From the human T2T-CHM13v2.0 reference genome, Homo sapiens: a stretch of 64,000 nucleotides of DNA. Positions 27,808-42,835 of the stretch are shown piece after piece. The position numbers and the translations under genes are program-made. The notes beneath the pieces are model-generated. The model did no database searches and was not told the DNA's origin. It was given only the letters and a program-made list of their open reading frames with translations. Location: the NCBI RefSeq assembly GCF_009914755.1, contig NC_060928.1. One strand, given 5' to 3'. How positions within the stretch are numbered: position 1 is the stretch's first letter; each line of letters starts with the position of its first letter.

Positions 27808-28190
27808 GCTATCGACTGAATGTATGTGTGTCCCATCCCCCCCATTCATATGGTGAAACCCTAATCTCCAGTGTGATGGTATTTGAGGATGAGACATTTG
27901 GGAATTGCACCTAAGATACCCCAACTCATCTCCATTTGTCACTCATCCTCCAGGAGGCTAGCCTGGACTTCCTTATAAGAGTAGTCCCAGAAATCCCAGT
28001 AGCAGCAAGGAGGGAAAATCACACAGTACAAGTGTTTTTCAATCTTCTACTTAGTCATACTTACTGTTATCATTGGCCAAAATAAGTCAAGTGGCCAAGA
28101 CTAGAGTCAGTATAGGAGGAGACTTCATAGGGTGTGAGCATAGAAAGGCATGGACAAACTGAGAGCCAGTACTCTAAAAGTCTAACATAA
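27808..28190. mobile_element. MaLR LTR fragments (MLT1A-like 5' part on +, then an older MLT1H/J-like piece on -)
   Basis: gactgaatgtatgtgtgtccc...cattcatatggtgaaacccta, then ctccaggaggctagcctgg and cattggccaaaataagtca. Confidence 0.65.
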
Positions 28191-28389
28191 ATTACATAAA
28201 TTGTTAAAGTTGACAATTTTAACAGACTCTCTTGCTTACAGTAGTAACAAGAAATTGAATATCAGAACATAAAGAAGTGGCATTTTAAAAGAAAAGCCAA
28301 AGTGTAAATCAAACCCTATAAAACAGCTTTTTTTTTTTTTTTAAAAAAAAAAAAGGAAGTTATTCTTCAGAGATGCATGCTACTAAGAA

Positions 28390-28560
28390 TAACCCTTATG
28401 TGTCGACTATTGGGTGCTTGGCATACATTTTTAAATTTAATATTTACAGAAAATCTGCCAGGCAGCAATTATTACTCCCTTTGTATAGAAAACAATCTGA
28501 GGGTCACAGGGGTTAAGTCTCTTGTCCAAAGTCAGGACCAAATGAATATAAAGTCTTTGG
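28390..28560 (+). mobile_element. MIR fragment
   Basis: attactccctttgtatagaaaacaatctgagggtcacaggggttaagtctcttgtccaaagtca. Confidence 0.65.
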
Positions 28561-29677
28561 TCTTTTCCCTACCTGTCACTCTGCAATAGAAAGAGAATAG
28601 ACTAGACATCAAGAAATGATACAGGGGGAAAATGGCAGATAGGAGGCAGGACTAAATTGTAGCTCCCACTTGGACCAACAAAGAAGCATGTGGAGACCCA
28701 TATCAGGAACTTTTGCTCCAAGAACTATTGCAGGAATATACCAGGGAAGTGGAGAGAATCCACAGCCCCTTTGAAGGAGGTGAGTTGTTGCTGCAGGCTC
28801 CGTGAGACAGCTAGGAATTGTGAGTCTTGCTTTCTTGCTTGCTTTCTCAGCTGGGAGGCTTGTAGCCTGGGGCAAGTTCTCAGCCCTGCTTACGGGCTGC
28901 CTAGAAATAAACTAAGTGCTATTGGGGGTGCACGGTGGGAGTGAGAATAGCCTTTCAGGCTGTAGGCTGCAAGGGAGCTGGGTGAGGCCATGGCTGCTGG
29001 CTTTTCCCCACTTCCCTGTCAACCTGTGTGACACAGCAGAAGCAGGCATAATCCCTCTGGGAAGGTAACTCCATTGGCCTGGGAACCACACCCCCATCCC
29101 CCACAGCAGCCACAGCAGGCCCTACCCATGGAGAGTCTGAGCTCAGAAATCCCTAACCTTGCCCCCACCTAATGCTCTTTCTCTACTCACCCTGGTAGCC
29201 AAAGACAAAGGACATAATCTCTTGGGAGCTCTATGGCCCTGCCCATCACCTGATCCTCCCTATACTATAGCAGCTGATGCATTCTTGAAAGTGCCATCTC
29301 CTGGCTGGAGGCCAACCAACACAAAACCAGTGCACTTAACAAAAATACAACCAAGGACCTTCACAGAGTCCACTTCACCTCCCTGCTACCTCCACCAGAG
29401 CAGGTGCTGGTATCTACAGCTGAGAGACTTGAAAATGGATTGCATCACAGGACTCTTTGCAGACATTCCCCAGTACCAGTCCAGAGCCCGGTAGTTCTGC
29501 TGGGTGGCTAGATCCAGAAGAGAAATAACAATCACTGCAGTTCAACTATCAGGAAGCTCCATCCCTAGGAGAAAGGGGAGAGTACCATATCAAGGGTGGG
29601 TCCCACCCTGTGGGACAAAAGAATCTGAACAGCAGCCCCTTGAGTCCCAGATTTTCCTTCTGACATAGTTTACCCAA

Positions 29678-30650
29678 ATGAGAAGGAACCAGAAAAACGA
29701 GGTTCTTTAACACCCCCAAAAGGTCACACTAGTTCCCCAGCAATGGGTCCAAACGAAGACGAAATCTCTGAATTGCCAGAAAAATAATTCAGAAGTCGAT
29801 TATTAAGCCAAACAAGGAGGCACCAGATAGAGGTGAAGTCCAACTTAAAGAAAGGAAAAAAAATGATACAGGGTGTGAATGGAAAAACCACAGTGAAATA
29901 GATAGCATAAAGAATAAGCAATCACAACTTCTGGAAATCAAAGACACACTTACAGAATGGAAAAATCATTGGGAAGTCTCAGCAATAGAATTGAACAAGT
30001 AGAAGTAAGAACTTCAGAGCTTGAAGACAAGGCTTTCAAATTAACCCAATCTGACAAAGACAAAGAAAAAAGAATTTTAAAGAGATGAACAATGACTTCA
30101 ATAAGTTTGGGATTATGTTAAACAACCAAACCTAAGAATAATTGGTGTTCCCAAGGAAAAAGAGAAATCTAAAAGTTTGGAAAACATATTTGAGGAAATA
30201 ATCAAAGAAAATTTCCTCAGCCTCACTAGAGATCTAGACTTCCAAATACAAGAAGCTCAAAGAACATCTGGAAAATTCATTGCAAAAAGATCTTTGCCTA
30301 GGCACATAGTCATCGTGTTATCAAAAGTCGAGATAAAGGAAAGAATCTTAAGAACTGTGAGGCAAAAGCATCAGGTATCCCATAAAGGAAAACCTATCAG
30401 GTTAACAGTAGATTTCTCAGCAGAAACCCTACAAGCTAGAAGGGATTGCGACCTCTCTTTAGCCTCCTTAGACAAAACAATTATCAGCCCCAAATTTTGT
30501 ATCCAGCGAAACTAAGCATCATAAATGAAGGAAAGGTACAGTCTTTTCCAGACAAATGCTGAGAGAATTTGCTACTACCAAGCCAGCACTATAAGAACTG
30601 CTAAAAGGATCTCTAAATCTTGAAACAAATCCTTAAAATACACCAAAATA
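29678..30650 (+). pseudogene. Disrupted L1 ORF1 (RNA-binding chaperone)
   Basis: ATG at 29678. ORF 30177-30515 reads ENIFEEIIKENF...QIQEAQRT...PRHIVI...KGKPIRLTVDFSAETLQARR, an ORF1p signature. Stops and frameshifts present. Confidence 0.9.
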
Positions 30651-32571
30651 GAATCTCCTTAAAGCATAAATCTCACAGGACCTATAAAACATTAACACAA
30701 TGAAAAAAATCCCCAAGGTATTCAGGCAACAATAGCACAACGAATAGAATAGTACCTCACATCTCAATACTAACGTTGAATGCCAATGGCCTAAATGCCC
30801 TCTTAAAAGATACAGAATTGCGGAGTGGATAAGAATTCACCAACCAAGTATCTGCTGTCTTCAAGAGACTCACCTGACACATAAGGACCCACATAAACTT
30901 AAGGTAAAGGGGTGGAAAAAGATATTGCATGCAAATGGACACCAAAAGCAAGCAGGCATAGCTATTCTTATATCAGACAAAACAAACTTTGAAGCAACAG
31001 CAGTTAAAAAAGACAAAGAGGGACATTCTATAATGATAAAAGGACTAGTCCAATAGGAAAATATAATCCTAAATATATATTCACCTAGCACTGGAGGTCC
31101 CAAATTTATAAAACAATTACTACTAGGCCTAAGAAATAAGATAGACAGCAACAGAGTAATAGTGGGGGACTTCAATACTCCACTGACAGCACTAGCAAGT
31201 CATCAAGACAGAAATTCAACAAACAATGGGCATAAATTATACCCTAGAACAAATGGATATTATAAACAGGTATTTACAGAACATTCTACCCAACAACTGC
31301 AGAATACACATTCTATTCATCAGCACATGAAACAGTCTCCAAGATAGACCATATGATAGGCCACAAAACAAGTCTCAACAAATTTAACAAATCAAAATTA
31401 TAGCAAGTACTCTCTCAGACCACAGTGGAATAAAATTGGAAATCAACTCCAAGATGAGCTCTCAAAACAACGCAAATACACGGAAATTCAATAACCTGCT
31501 TCTGAATGATGGAATCAACAATGGAATCAAGATGGAAAATTAAAAATGCTTTGAACTGAATAATAATAGTGATACAACCTATAAAAACCTCTGGGATACA
31601 GCAAAGACAGTGCTAAGAGGAAAGTTCATAGCCTTAAATGCCTAAATCAAAAAGTCGGAAAGAATATATATAGACAATCTAAGGTCACACCTCAAGGAAC
31701 TAGAGAAACAAGAACAAACCAAATCCAAAACCAGCAGAAGAAAAGAAATAACAAAGATCAGAGAAGAACTAAGTGAAATTGAAACAAAAAAATATATAAA
31801 AGATGATTAAAACAAAAAAGCTGTTTCTTTAAAAAGATAAATAAAATTGATAGGCCATTAGGGAGATTAACCAAGAAAACAGGAGAAAAGATCCAAATAA
31901 GCTCAATTACAAATGAAATGGGAGCTATTACAACTGATAACACAGAAATACAAAAGATCATTCAAGGCTGTTATGCACACCTTTATGCACATAAACTAAA
32001 AAACCAAGAGGAGATGGATAAATTCCTGGAACTAGATAACCCTCCTAGATTAAACCAGGAAGAAATAGTAACTCTGAACAGACCAATTACAAGCAGTGAG
32101 ATTGAAATGGTAATTAAAAAGTTACCAACAAAAAAAAGTCTAGGACCAGATGGATTCACAGCTGAATTCTATCTGACATTAAAAGAATTGGTACCAATCC
32201 TATTGACACTATTCCAAAAGATAAAGAGGGAATTCTCCCTAAATCATTCTATGAAGCCAGTATCACCCTAATACAAAACCCAAAAAGGACCTAATAAAAA
32301 AAGTAAACTACAGGCTAACATTCCTGATTAACGTAGATGTAAAAATCCTCAACAAAATACTAGCTACCTTAATCCAATAGCATATCAAAAAGATAATCCA
32401 CCATGATCAAGTGGGTTTCATGCCAGGGATGCAGGGATGGTTTAACACATCTATAAATGTGATACATCACATACACAAAATTAAAAACAAAAATCACATG
32501 GTTATCTCAATAGACACAGAAAAATCATTTGACAAAATCCAGCATCCCTTTATGATTAAAATCCTCAGCAA

Positions 32572-32895
<324 letters not shown>

Positions 32896-34529
32896 TCAGC
32901 AATATCAGCATAGAAGTGACATACTTTAAGGTAATAAAAGCCATCTATGAAAAACCCACAGCCAACATTATACTGAACAGGGATAAATTGAAAGTATTCC
33001 CACTGGGAACTGCAACAAGACAAGGATGCCCACTTTCATCTTTTCTATTCAACATAGTACTGGAAAACCTAGCCAGAGCACTCAGACAAGAAAAAGAAAT
33101 AAAGGGCATCCAAATCAGTAAAGAGGAAGTCGAACTGTCATTGTTTGCTGATGTCATGATTGTATACTTAGAAAACCCTAAAGACTCATCTGAAAAGCTC
33201 CTAGAACTGGTAAATGAATTCAGCAAAGTTTCAAGATATAAAATTAATGTACAAAAATCAGTAGCCCTGCTATGCACCCACAATGACCAAGCTGAGAATC
33301 AAATCAAGAACTCAACCCCCTTTACAATAGCTGCAAAAAAAAAACCTTAAGAATATACTTAACCAAGGTGGTGAAGGACCTCAACCAGAAAAACTACAAA
33401 ACACTGCTGAAAGAAATCATCAAAGACACAAACAAATGGAAACAAATGTCATATTCACGAATGGGTGGAATCATTATTGTGAAAATGACCATAATGCCAA
33501 AAACAATCTATATATTCAATGCAATTCCCATCAAAATACCTCCATAATTCTTCATAGAACTAAAAAAAGAATCCTAAAATTCATACGGAACCAAAAAAAG
33601 AGCCCACATAGTCAAAGCAAGACTAAGTAAAAAGAACAAATCTATAGGCATTTCATTACCCAACTTCAAACTATATTATAAGGCCATAGTCACCAAATCA
33701 GCATGGTACTGGTATAAAATCAGGTATATAGACCAATGGAACAGAGTAAAAAAATCCAGAAATAAAGCCAAATATTTACAGTCAACTGATCTTTGACAAA
33801 GCAAACAAAAACATAAAGTGGGGAAAGGACACCCTATTCAACCAGTGGTGCTGGGATAATTGGCAAGCCACACGTAGAAGAATAAAACTGGATCTTCATC
33901 TCTCACCTTATACAAAAATCAACTCAAGGTGGATCAAAAACTTAAATCTAAGACCTGAAACCATAAAAATTCTAGAAGATGACATTGGAAAATCCCTTCT
34001 AGACATTGGCTTAGTCAACGACTTCATGACCAAGAACCCAAAAGCAAATGCAACAAAAACAAAGATAAATAGATGAGACTTATAATTAAACTAAAAGACT
34101 TCTCTGCACAGCAAAATAAATAATCAGAAGAGTAAACAGACATCTCACAAAGTGGGAGAAAATCTTCACAATTGATACATCCAGCAAAGGAGTAATATCA
34201 AGAATCTATAATGAACTCAAACAAATCAGCAAGAAAAAAATAAACGATCCCATAAAAAAGTGGGCAAAGGACATGAATAGACAATTCTCAAAAGAAGATA
34301 TGCAAATGGCCAGCAAACATATGAAAAAATGCTCAACGTCAGCAATTATCAGGGAAATGCAAATCAAAACCACAATGTGATACCACTTTACTCTCGAAAG
34401 AATGGCCATAATCAGAAAATCAAAAAATAACAGATGTTGGTGTGGATGTGGTGAAAAGGGAACACTTTTACACTGTTTGTGGGAACGTAAACTAGTACAA
34501 CCACTAGAAAGCAGTGTGGAGGTTCTTTA

Positions 34530-35088
<559 letters not shown>

Positions 35089-35699
35089 CTATATGGAATC
35101 AGAGGCCATTATTCTAAGTGAATTAACTCAGGAATGAGAAACCAAACATCATATGTTCTCACTCATAAGTGGGAGCTAAGCTAAGACGTAAAGGCATAAG
35201 AATGATACAATGGACTTTGGAGACTTGGGGAAAAGGGTCGGGAGGGTAAGGGATAAAAGATTACACATTGGGTACAGTGTACACTGCTCAGGTGATTGGT
35301 GCACCAAAATCTGAGAAATCACCACTAAAGATTTAGAAAAAGTTTTTAAAAATTTAAATAACAATAATAATAAGTGAAAAAAATCAAGTTCCTTGTTAAT
35401 TTTACATTTTAGGTAATAGAGATCGATGTATCATATAGTACCATCAGTTTTTACAGGATCAGAATGTAATATGATAAATATTTAATTCTAAAATGATACT
35501 CAAAGTATTGTATATTTATCATACTTCATGTATTTTGAAGGTGCTCAGTATCCTATTGTATCTAAAAAGTTTGCTGTGTTTATACTATCCTTAAAGGATT
35601 TAGATATGTGAATTTGGTAGAGAGGGCAGATATATCACCTTCTATTGTAATATTTGTTTTCCAAGTTAAATTTGAAGTATAATAGATCACGTTTTTGCA

Positions 35700-35905
35700 G
35701 TGGAGGGGACTAAAAACAATACAGGCTTACTATGGTGCAGTTCTGGAGGCCAGAAGTCAAAAATAGGTCAGCAGGGATGTGTTCCTTCTGGAGGTCTTAG
35801 AGGAGATTCCATTTCTTTACCCTTTCCCACTTCTGGAGGCTGCTCATGTTTCTTGGCTATTGTCCCCACCTCACTCTGACCTCAGCTTTGGTCATCACAT
35901 TGATC
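35700..35905 (-). mobile_element. MaLR LTR fragment (MLT1 family)
   Basis: cagttctggaggccagaagtc...ttccttctggaggtcttagaggaga. Confidence 0.7.
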
Positions 35906-36449
35906 AGATTGCTTTTCAGTTTAACTTCTCTTTGTTCTCACTATTCGTAATTCTTCTGAAATGATAGTTACAGAAAATGGTTATAATTATTTCTGTGTAG
36001 GCTGTACATTTTTATAAAATTGGCTATCTTGATTGTTTAAAAAAAAGAGTCCTAATGATTAAAAATTCAACTAAAAATAATAAATAAAAGAGTACCTAGA
36101 AAAAAAAAGAAAAATAAATAGGATACATTTCTGGCTATAACATACTTTCTTCATGTAATCAACATTTTAACTCAGAAATTTCTCTGGACTCCTTCTTGAC
36201 TTTCCATCTTGCCCAATAGTATCCTAACCCAAGCTGATATCTTTTGATGGAATATTACAGTGACTAATACAAGAAGTACTTTTTCAAAACTTAAATTTGC
36301 TCATGTTATTTCCCCTTCTTACAATTCTTTAATGGATTTGCTGCACAGACTCTCTTTCTCTCTGTCTCTCTCTGCAACAAAACTCACAAGACTCTGCAAG
36401 ATCTGGCCCCTAACTACTTCTTCAAACTTTGTGCTGCAGACACAAACTT

Positions 36450-36940
36450 TTTTTCAGCAATTAATAAATCAGTGAATTTAATCAATAAATATTTTTGAGT
36501 GACTATTATATACCTTTCTGTGGTACTGGATATATGTAAGTAAACAAAACAAAGATCACTGCTATCAACCAAGCTTACATTCTAACTAAGCAGTTAATGA
36601 ATACACGATAAACACTAACTATATAAACTCTAAACTATGTGAAAAGGTAACAAGTCCTATGGAAAAACAAATAGACAAATAGAGCAGGATAAGCATGGAG
36701 TGGGGTAGGTTGGAGGATTATGGAAAATGGGACAGTCAGGATAGACTCCATTGCTAATGTGGACCTGATGCTTGTGAAGCAGCTGGCTCAGGAGATATCT
36801 GGTGGAGGGGACTAAAGCATTAAGATGGGAGCAAAGCTGGCATACTCTGAGAATGTCAGGGAGGGCACAGCATTTGATGCTGAAAGGGTGAAGGGGAGAG
36901 CAGAGAAAGGTCACAGAAGGAACCAGGGCTACAGATCAGG
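36450..36940 (-). mobile_element. L2a 3' end, antisense
   Basis: atcaataaatatttttgagtgactatt...aagcttacattcta. Confidence 0.7.
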
Positions 36941-36949
36941 TAGCTCCTC

Positions 36950-37610
<661 letters not shown>

Positions 37611-37840
37611 ATGGAACACATATTAAGCACTTCTGTGAAGTGACACAGCAGAGTGAATATGAACAAATCACTTCCATGTGCCAAGACTGTATTTCTTCCA
37701 TGTTCAATGGACAGATGGACTGAGCTGTTTCCAAGATCAATTAAGGACATATGATTTAGTGAAAAAGATTCAACATATTGCCTTCTAATTGTTTGTTGCC
37801 CTAGTTCATTTACAAAGAGATGTTACTTATAAATACACCT

Positions 37841-38237
37841 TGTTATGGGCTGAGTTTTGTCCCTTCCTCCCCCAGGAAGTGATATACTGAAGTCCTAAAC
37901 TCTAGTACTTCAGAATGTAACTGTATTTGGGGAAAGGACCTTAGAGAGCTAATTAAGGTAAAATGAGGTTTTATAGGTGGGCCATTTTCCAATATGAATT
38001 ATGTCCTTATAAGAAGAGGAGATTTGGACACAGATCATACAGAATGAGGACAACCATGTGAAGACATAAGAAGAAGACATCATCTCCAAGCCAACAAGAG
38101 GCTTCAGAAAAAACCCAAACCTACTGACACCTTGATCTTGGCCTTATAGCCTCCAGAGCTGTGAGAAAACAAATGTCTGTTGTTAAAGCTACCCAGTCAG
38201 TGGTGTTATGTTATAGCAGCTCTGGCAAACTAATAGA
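37841..38237 (+). mobile_element. MaLR solo LTR (MLT1B-like)
   Basis: tgttatgggctga ... gcctccagagctgtgagaaaacaaatgtctgttg ... gcaaactaata. Confidence 0.88.
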
Positions 38238-38259
38238 CACACAAAAAATTTTTTCAGAC

Positions 38260-40030
38260 ATCTGGTTTCTGGTTCTGCATGTAAGGGGCTTAGAAGTTAC
38301 CACTCCATCCTAACCATAGATAAAAAGCTTCCCCCCCCACTAAACCTCACTACCACATTATTAAAGGCTATTTAGGGCAGTTCTTTTTACCTAGTACATC
38401 ATGTCTGGAAATTACAAGGCATACCAAAGACAAAAAATACAGGTTGAAGTGACAGAGCCAGCACTAGAACCAGACATGTCAGGGATGTTGAAATGATCAG
38501 ACCAGGAATTAAAAATAATGGTGATTAATATGCTAAGAGCGCTAATGAATAAAGTGGATAGCATTCAAGAACAGATGAGAAATGTAAGCAAAAATAAATA
38601 AATCCTGAGAAAGAACCGAAAAAAGAAATGCTGGAGATTAAAAGTGCTGTAACAGGAATGCTTTTGGTGAGCTTATCAGTAGAATGAACATAGTCGAGAA
38701 AGGAACCTCTGACCTTAAGCATAACTCAATAGAAATTTGCAAAGCCGAAAGGCAACAAAGGTAACAAAGATGAAAAAGAAGAAGACAAATAAAAAGGAAC
38801 AGAAGAAATATTTGTAACAGTAATGACCAAGAATTTCCTTCAAATTAATGTCAGACGCCAACCCACAGATCCAGAAAGCTCAAAGGACACCAGGTTGGAT
38901 AATGAAGAAGAAGAAGAAAAAAGAAAAACAAAACGAAAAATCTAGGCATAACATTTGCAAAAACCTAGGCATATCATTTGCAAATTACATAAAATCAAAA
39001 ATAAAGAAAAAGTCCTGAAAGAATCAGAGGGAAGAAACATCTTACCTATAGACTCATCTCTAGGTGAATGAAGATAAGAATTAATCCAACTTCTCTTCGG
39101 AAACCATGCAAGCAATAACAGGAGGAATAAAATATTTAAAACATTGAGGACAGAACCAACCTAGAATTCCATACTCTGCAAAATTATCCTTTAGAAGTGA
39201 AGGAGAAATAGTTTCTCAGACAAATAAAAATTGAGGGAATGTCTTTCTAGCAGATCTGCTTTACAAGATATGTTAAAAGAAATGTCTCTTAGAGAGAAAA
39301 ACAATAATATAGATAAAAACTCAGATCTATATAAAGAAAGGAATAGCACCAAAGATAGAATAAGTGAAGGTAAAATAAAAACTTATTTTTCTTATTCTTA
39401 ATTGATCTAACAGACGACAGTGTGTTCAAAATAATAATGGCAGCAATGTATTTTAGTACATCTGCATATGTATGCTTATATGTAAGTGCAATGAATGCCA
39501 GTAATGATACAAGGGACAAGAGGGAGAATTAAGATTGTCTTGTTATTATATGGTTCTCACATTACCCATTAAGTGGTAAAATATTATTTGAAAGTGGGCT
39601 TAAATTAGTTGTAAATGTATGTTGCAAGTTCTCGGGAAGAAACGGGGAAAAAAAAGAAGTATAACTGATATGCTAAGAACAGAAAGAAAATAAAATCATA
39701 TAAAATACCCCAAACCACAAAAGGCAGAAAGGAGCAGAAGACAAAAATAGGAACAAAGAACAAGGGGAACAAATTAAAAACAATAACAAATATGGTAGAT
39801 ATTTATTTTAAATATAAATGGCCTAAATATACCAATTAAAAGACAGAGATTGTCAGAGTGTATCAAAAAATAAAACTCAGCTATATGTTGTCTACAAGAA
39901 ACTCACTTTGGACAGAGAAAAATTTACTATGTTAACACTAACCCAAAGAAAGCAGTAGTGGCCATATTAAACTTAGACAGCAGAATTCAAAGCAAGAGGA
40001 GTTACTGGGATAAAGAAGAGCATTACAAAG
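38260..40030 (+). mobile_element. Old L1 (L1MC/L1MD-type) 5' UTR-ORF1-ORF2 start fragments
   Basis: catgtaaggggcttagaagttaccactcc; acagatccagaaagctcaaag; aaatggcctaaatataccaattaaaagacagagattgtcagagtg...ctacaagaaactcacttt. Confidence 0.85.
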
Positions 40031-42543
40031 TTTGTTTATCCTCCACTTATGATTTATAGAGATCTCTGATCCTCATTTGCCATACCAATGCTCCCATCAT
40101 CTTCCTTTTATAGATATCAGCTAAAATAGAACTTTTAGAAATCCTAGTGCTCTGCCAATCAGAAATATGAGACCAGAGAAGTTGAGTGATTTTCGTAAGA
40201 TTTTTCAGCCAGCCAGATTTCTGTATGCATTACCACTGGCATGGTGAACTGTCCAGTCTCATAAACCTAGTGGACATTTTTTGGATAAGCAGGTCCACAG
40301 GTCCTTAATGCTTTGTAAATACATTCTTTAGAGGCAATTTATGAGAAGTGAAAATGAGTTTAAATATACCAGAAATGGTGTACTTAAAAAATAAATGAAT
40401 AAAAATAAATAAATACACCAGTAATTATTTTATATTCTTAATACTCTCAATATGAGGTAGCTCAATAGTGCAATTCCATTACATTTATGAATCCAGCAAC
40501 AGTCTTTCACACTGAGTTTTGTAGCAGTATCTTTTGTTTGAAATAATTTAAATCTGATATTTTAAACTTCTAATAAAGTTTGAAATATTTTTTAACCAGT
40601 ATTCAGATTTGTTCAAAATAAATTGCAGATTATTCTTAAAATTATTTTTCTTATTGTTGTGTATTTTGATCTGAAAGTAATATATAAATTATTTTAACCT
40701 CAAAAATGAAATGTGTTTTTTATGTATACTTCATACACAGATTATTATGAATAAACTCAAGATTTCATTGACATTAAATGTGAGTGGAAATCATCATTTG
40801 TTTTGGAAACAAACATTTAAAAATCATTCCTTCTATTTTAATATATAACTACTAACTAAGCATCTAAATATAGCCTATACTGTTCCATATATGATTAGAA
40901 TTATAGATTTCATCAGTCACACATTATTAGCATATTAATAATAGTTTCTATTTTAAAGGAAATCACTTTTTCTCAGCTCTCTAAGAGGATTCATAATTTA
41001 TTTGTGCTGACCTGACAAATGCAGTAAAGTAGTATTAATCTATATCTGATTGTATGCTTCACAAGTGCATCATTTCTCATTACTAGACTTTAGTTCCTTC
41101 CAGATGTGTGTAAACTGATGTCCAGATCACTCTTCAGAGTTACTTATAATGAATATTAATTTTTGTCACTCAGCTTTTCCTGAAGATGAAGGTCCTGTTG
41201 TTTAAAATAAACTTAAAATATATTTTATTCTCGTCTTTTTTCTAAGAGTATCAATCACAATCAAAGGATTTCTACCCTGTCTCATTTTTATGTTTAATGG
41301 TGATGTTATTAAAAATGCACACTTATATGAAAGATTACTTTAATTAGCCAATAGAAATTCACTACAGCTATTCTTGTTACACACTAATATCTCTTGAGGA
41401 GCAACAGTTTATATTCACTTAACTCAAAAATACGAAGGGATCCTTAGTTGCATGTTGATTTTGAGGGAAGAATACTTTATCTGGTTTATCCTTGAAATAA
41501 ATCCATTCTTTGCTATTTAGAGAAATCTTTGTAGCCGAATCCCTTTGATACAAAGAGGATATGATAAAATTCTAGAAAAGAATGATGTGTGTGTACTGTG
41601 AAGGTGGGTATTTTAAACCATCTAAGAGACAAGGGGAAAAAAATGAATTGATTCAAGTTCAGTAGCCAGAAGCTGAAGGTGCAGACATTTAGGTTTTTGT
41701 AGACCTTCCTAATCCCTCTTCTTCTGGCAAGAGCAGCCAAAATTCATTTTAGGAAATTGTCACGACCCAATTTTGTGTGGTCTTGATAAGACTGTAAATC
41801 AAGCCAAGGCACGGCACTTAACCTAAATAGGTGAATGAGACTTTCTCTCCATTTCACACCTATCTTCATCCCTTAGTTATTGATAGGAAAGCCTCAAGAA
41901 TGTACTGGAAAAAGTCATTGGTAATCTAGATGCTGTGGCAGAAGTACATTGCAGGATTGGTTAATTATAATTTTATAACTTAGTACATACCTGGTTAAAG
42001 TATTATGGAAGAAAGTTCACTATAATATGAACTCCATTTTGTTTCTTCTCAAGAGAGGGAACATTTTCTTGAATTGCCATGAAATAGACCCTCAAATTAC
42101 AGTTTGAAGGCTTAGGAGCATCATGGGCACTGTGCCACCAGGGTTAATCAGTTACATCATCCTGAGATTGTCCTCTCACCTACAATGCTAAATGTATGGA
42201 TTAGAGAAATGCTCAGCTACTGGAGGGCACAGGGTGGATGTGTGGACCAAGATAGAGCTAGACTAGATGGAAAGTGTGATCAAGTGTCTGTTTGAAAAAC
42301 CGTCCATGGAATATGGTGGAACAATGCAGGAGCATATAGGATGTTTTAGAAACAATTGATGCTGTCGATCAAAATCTGCAGGACTTCGGTCCTAAAGTTT
42401 TCCAATACCTTGGACATTTATCCACTAAGAAAATGTATATTATAACCATAGATCTGTCTGAACACAACTGGTCATGATATTTTTCTTTACATATGGCTAC
42501 TCTATAAAATTAACTTAATTTTACCAAAAAAAAAAAAAAAATA

Positions 42544-42835
42544 GGCCAGGTGCAGTGGCACATGCCTGTAATCCTAGCACTTTGGGAGGCCCTAGGCAGG
42601 CAGATTGCCTGAGTTCAGGAGTTTGAGACTAGCCTGGGCAACATGGTGAAACCCCATCTCTGCCAAAATACAAAAAATTAACCAGGCATTGTGGCAGGTG
42701 CCTGTAGTCTCAGCTACTGGGGAGGCTGAGGCAGGAGAACTGCTTGAACCAGGGAGGCAGTGGTTGCAGTTAGCCACTCACTGCACTCCAGCCTGGGCAA
42801 CAGAGCCAGCCTCTGTCTCAAAAAAATAAACAAAA
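42544..42835 (+). mobile_element. AluS with a short deletion in the right arm
   Basis: Alu dimer ggccaggtgcagtggc...ctctgtctcaaaaa. Confidence 0.93.

Noticed and set aside
28328-28354. T15A12 palindrome
   Set aside because: Adjacent homopolymers are common in AT-rich human DNA, with no further evidence of function.
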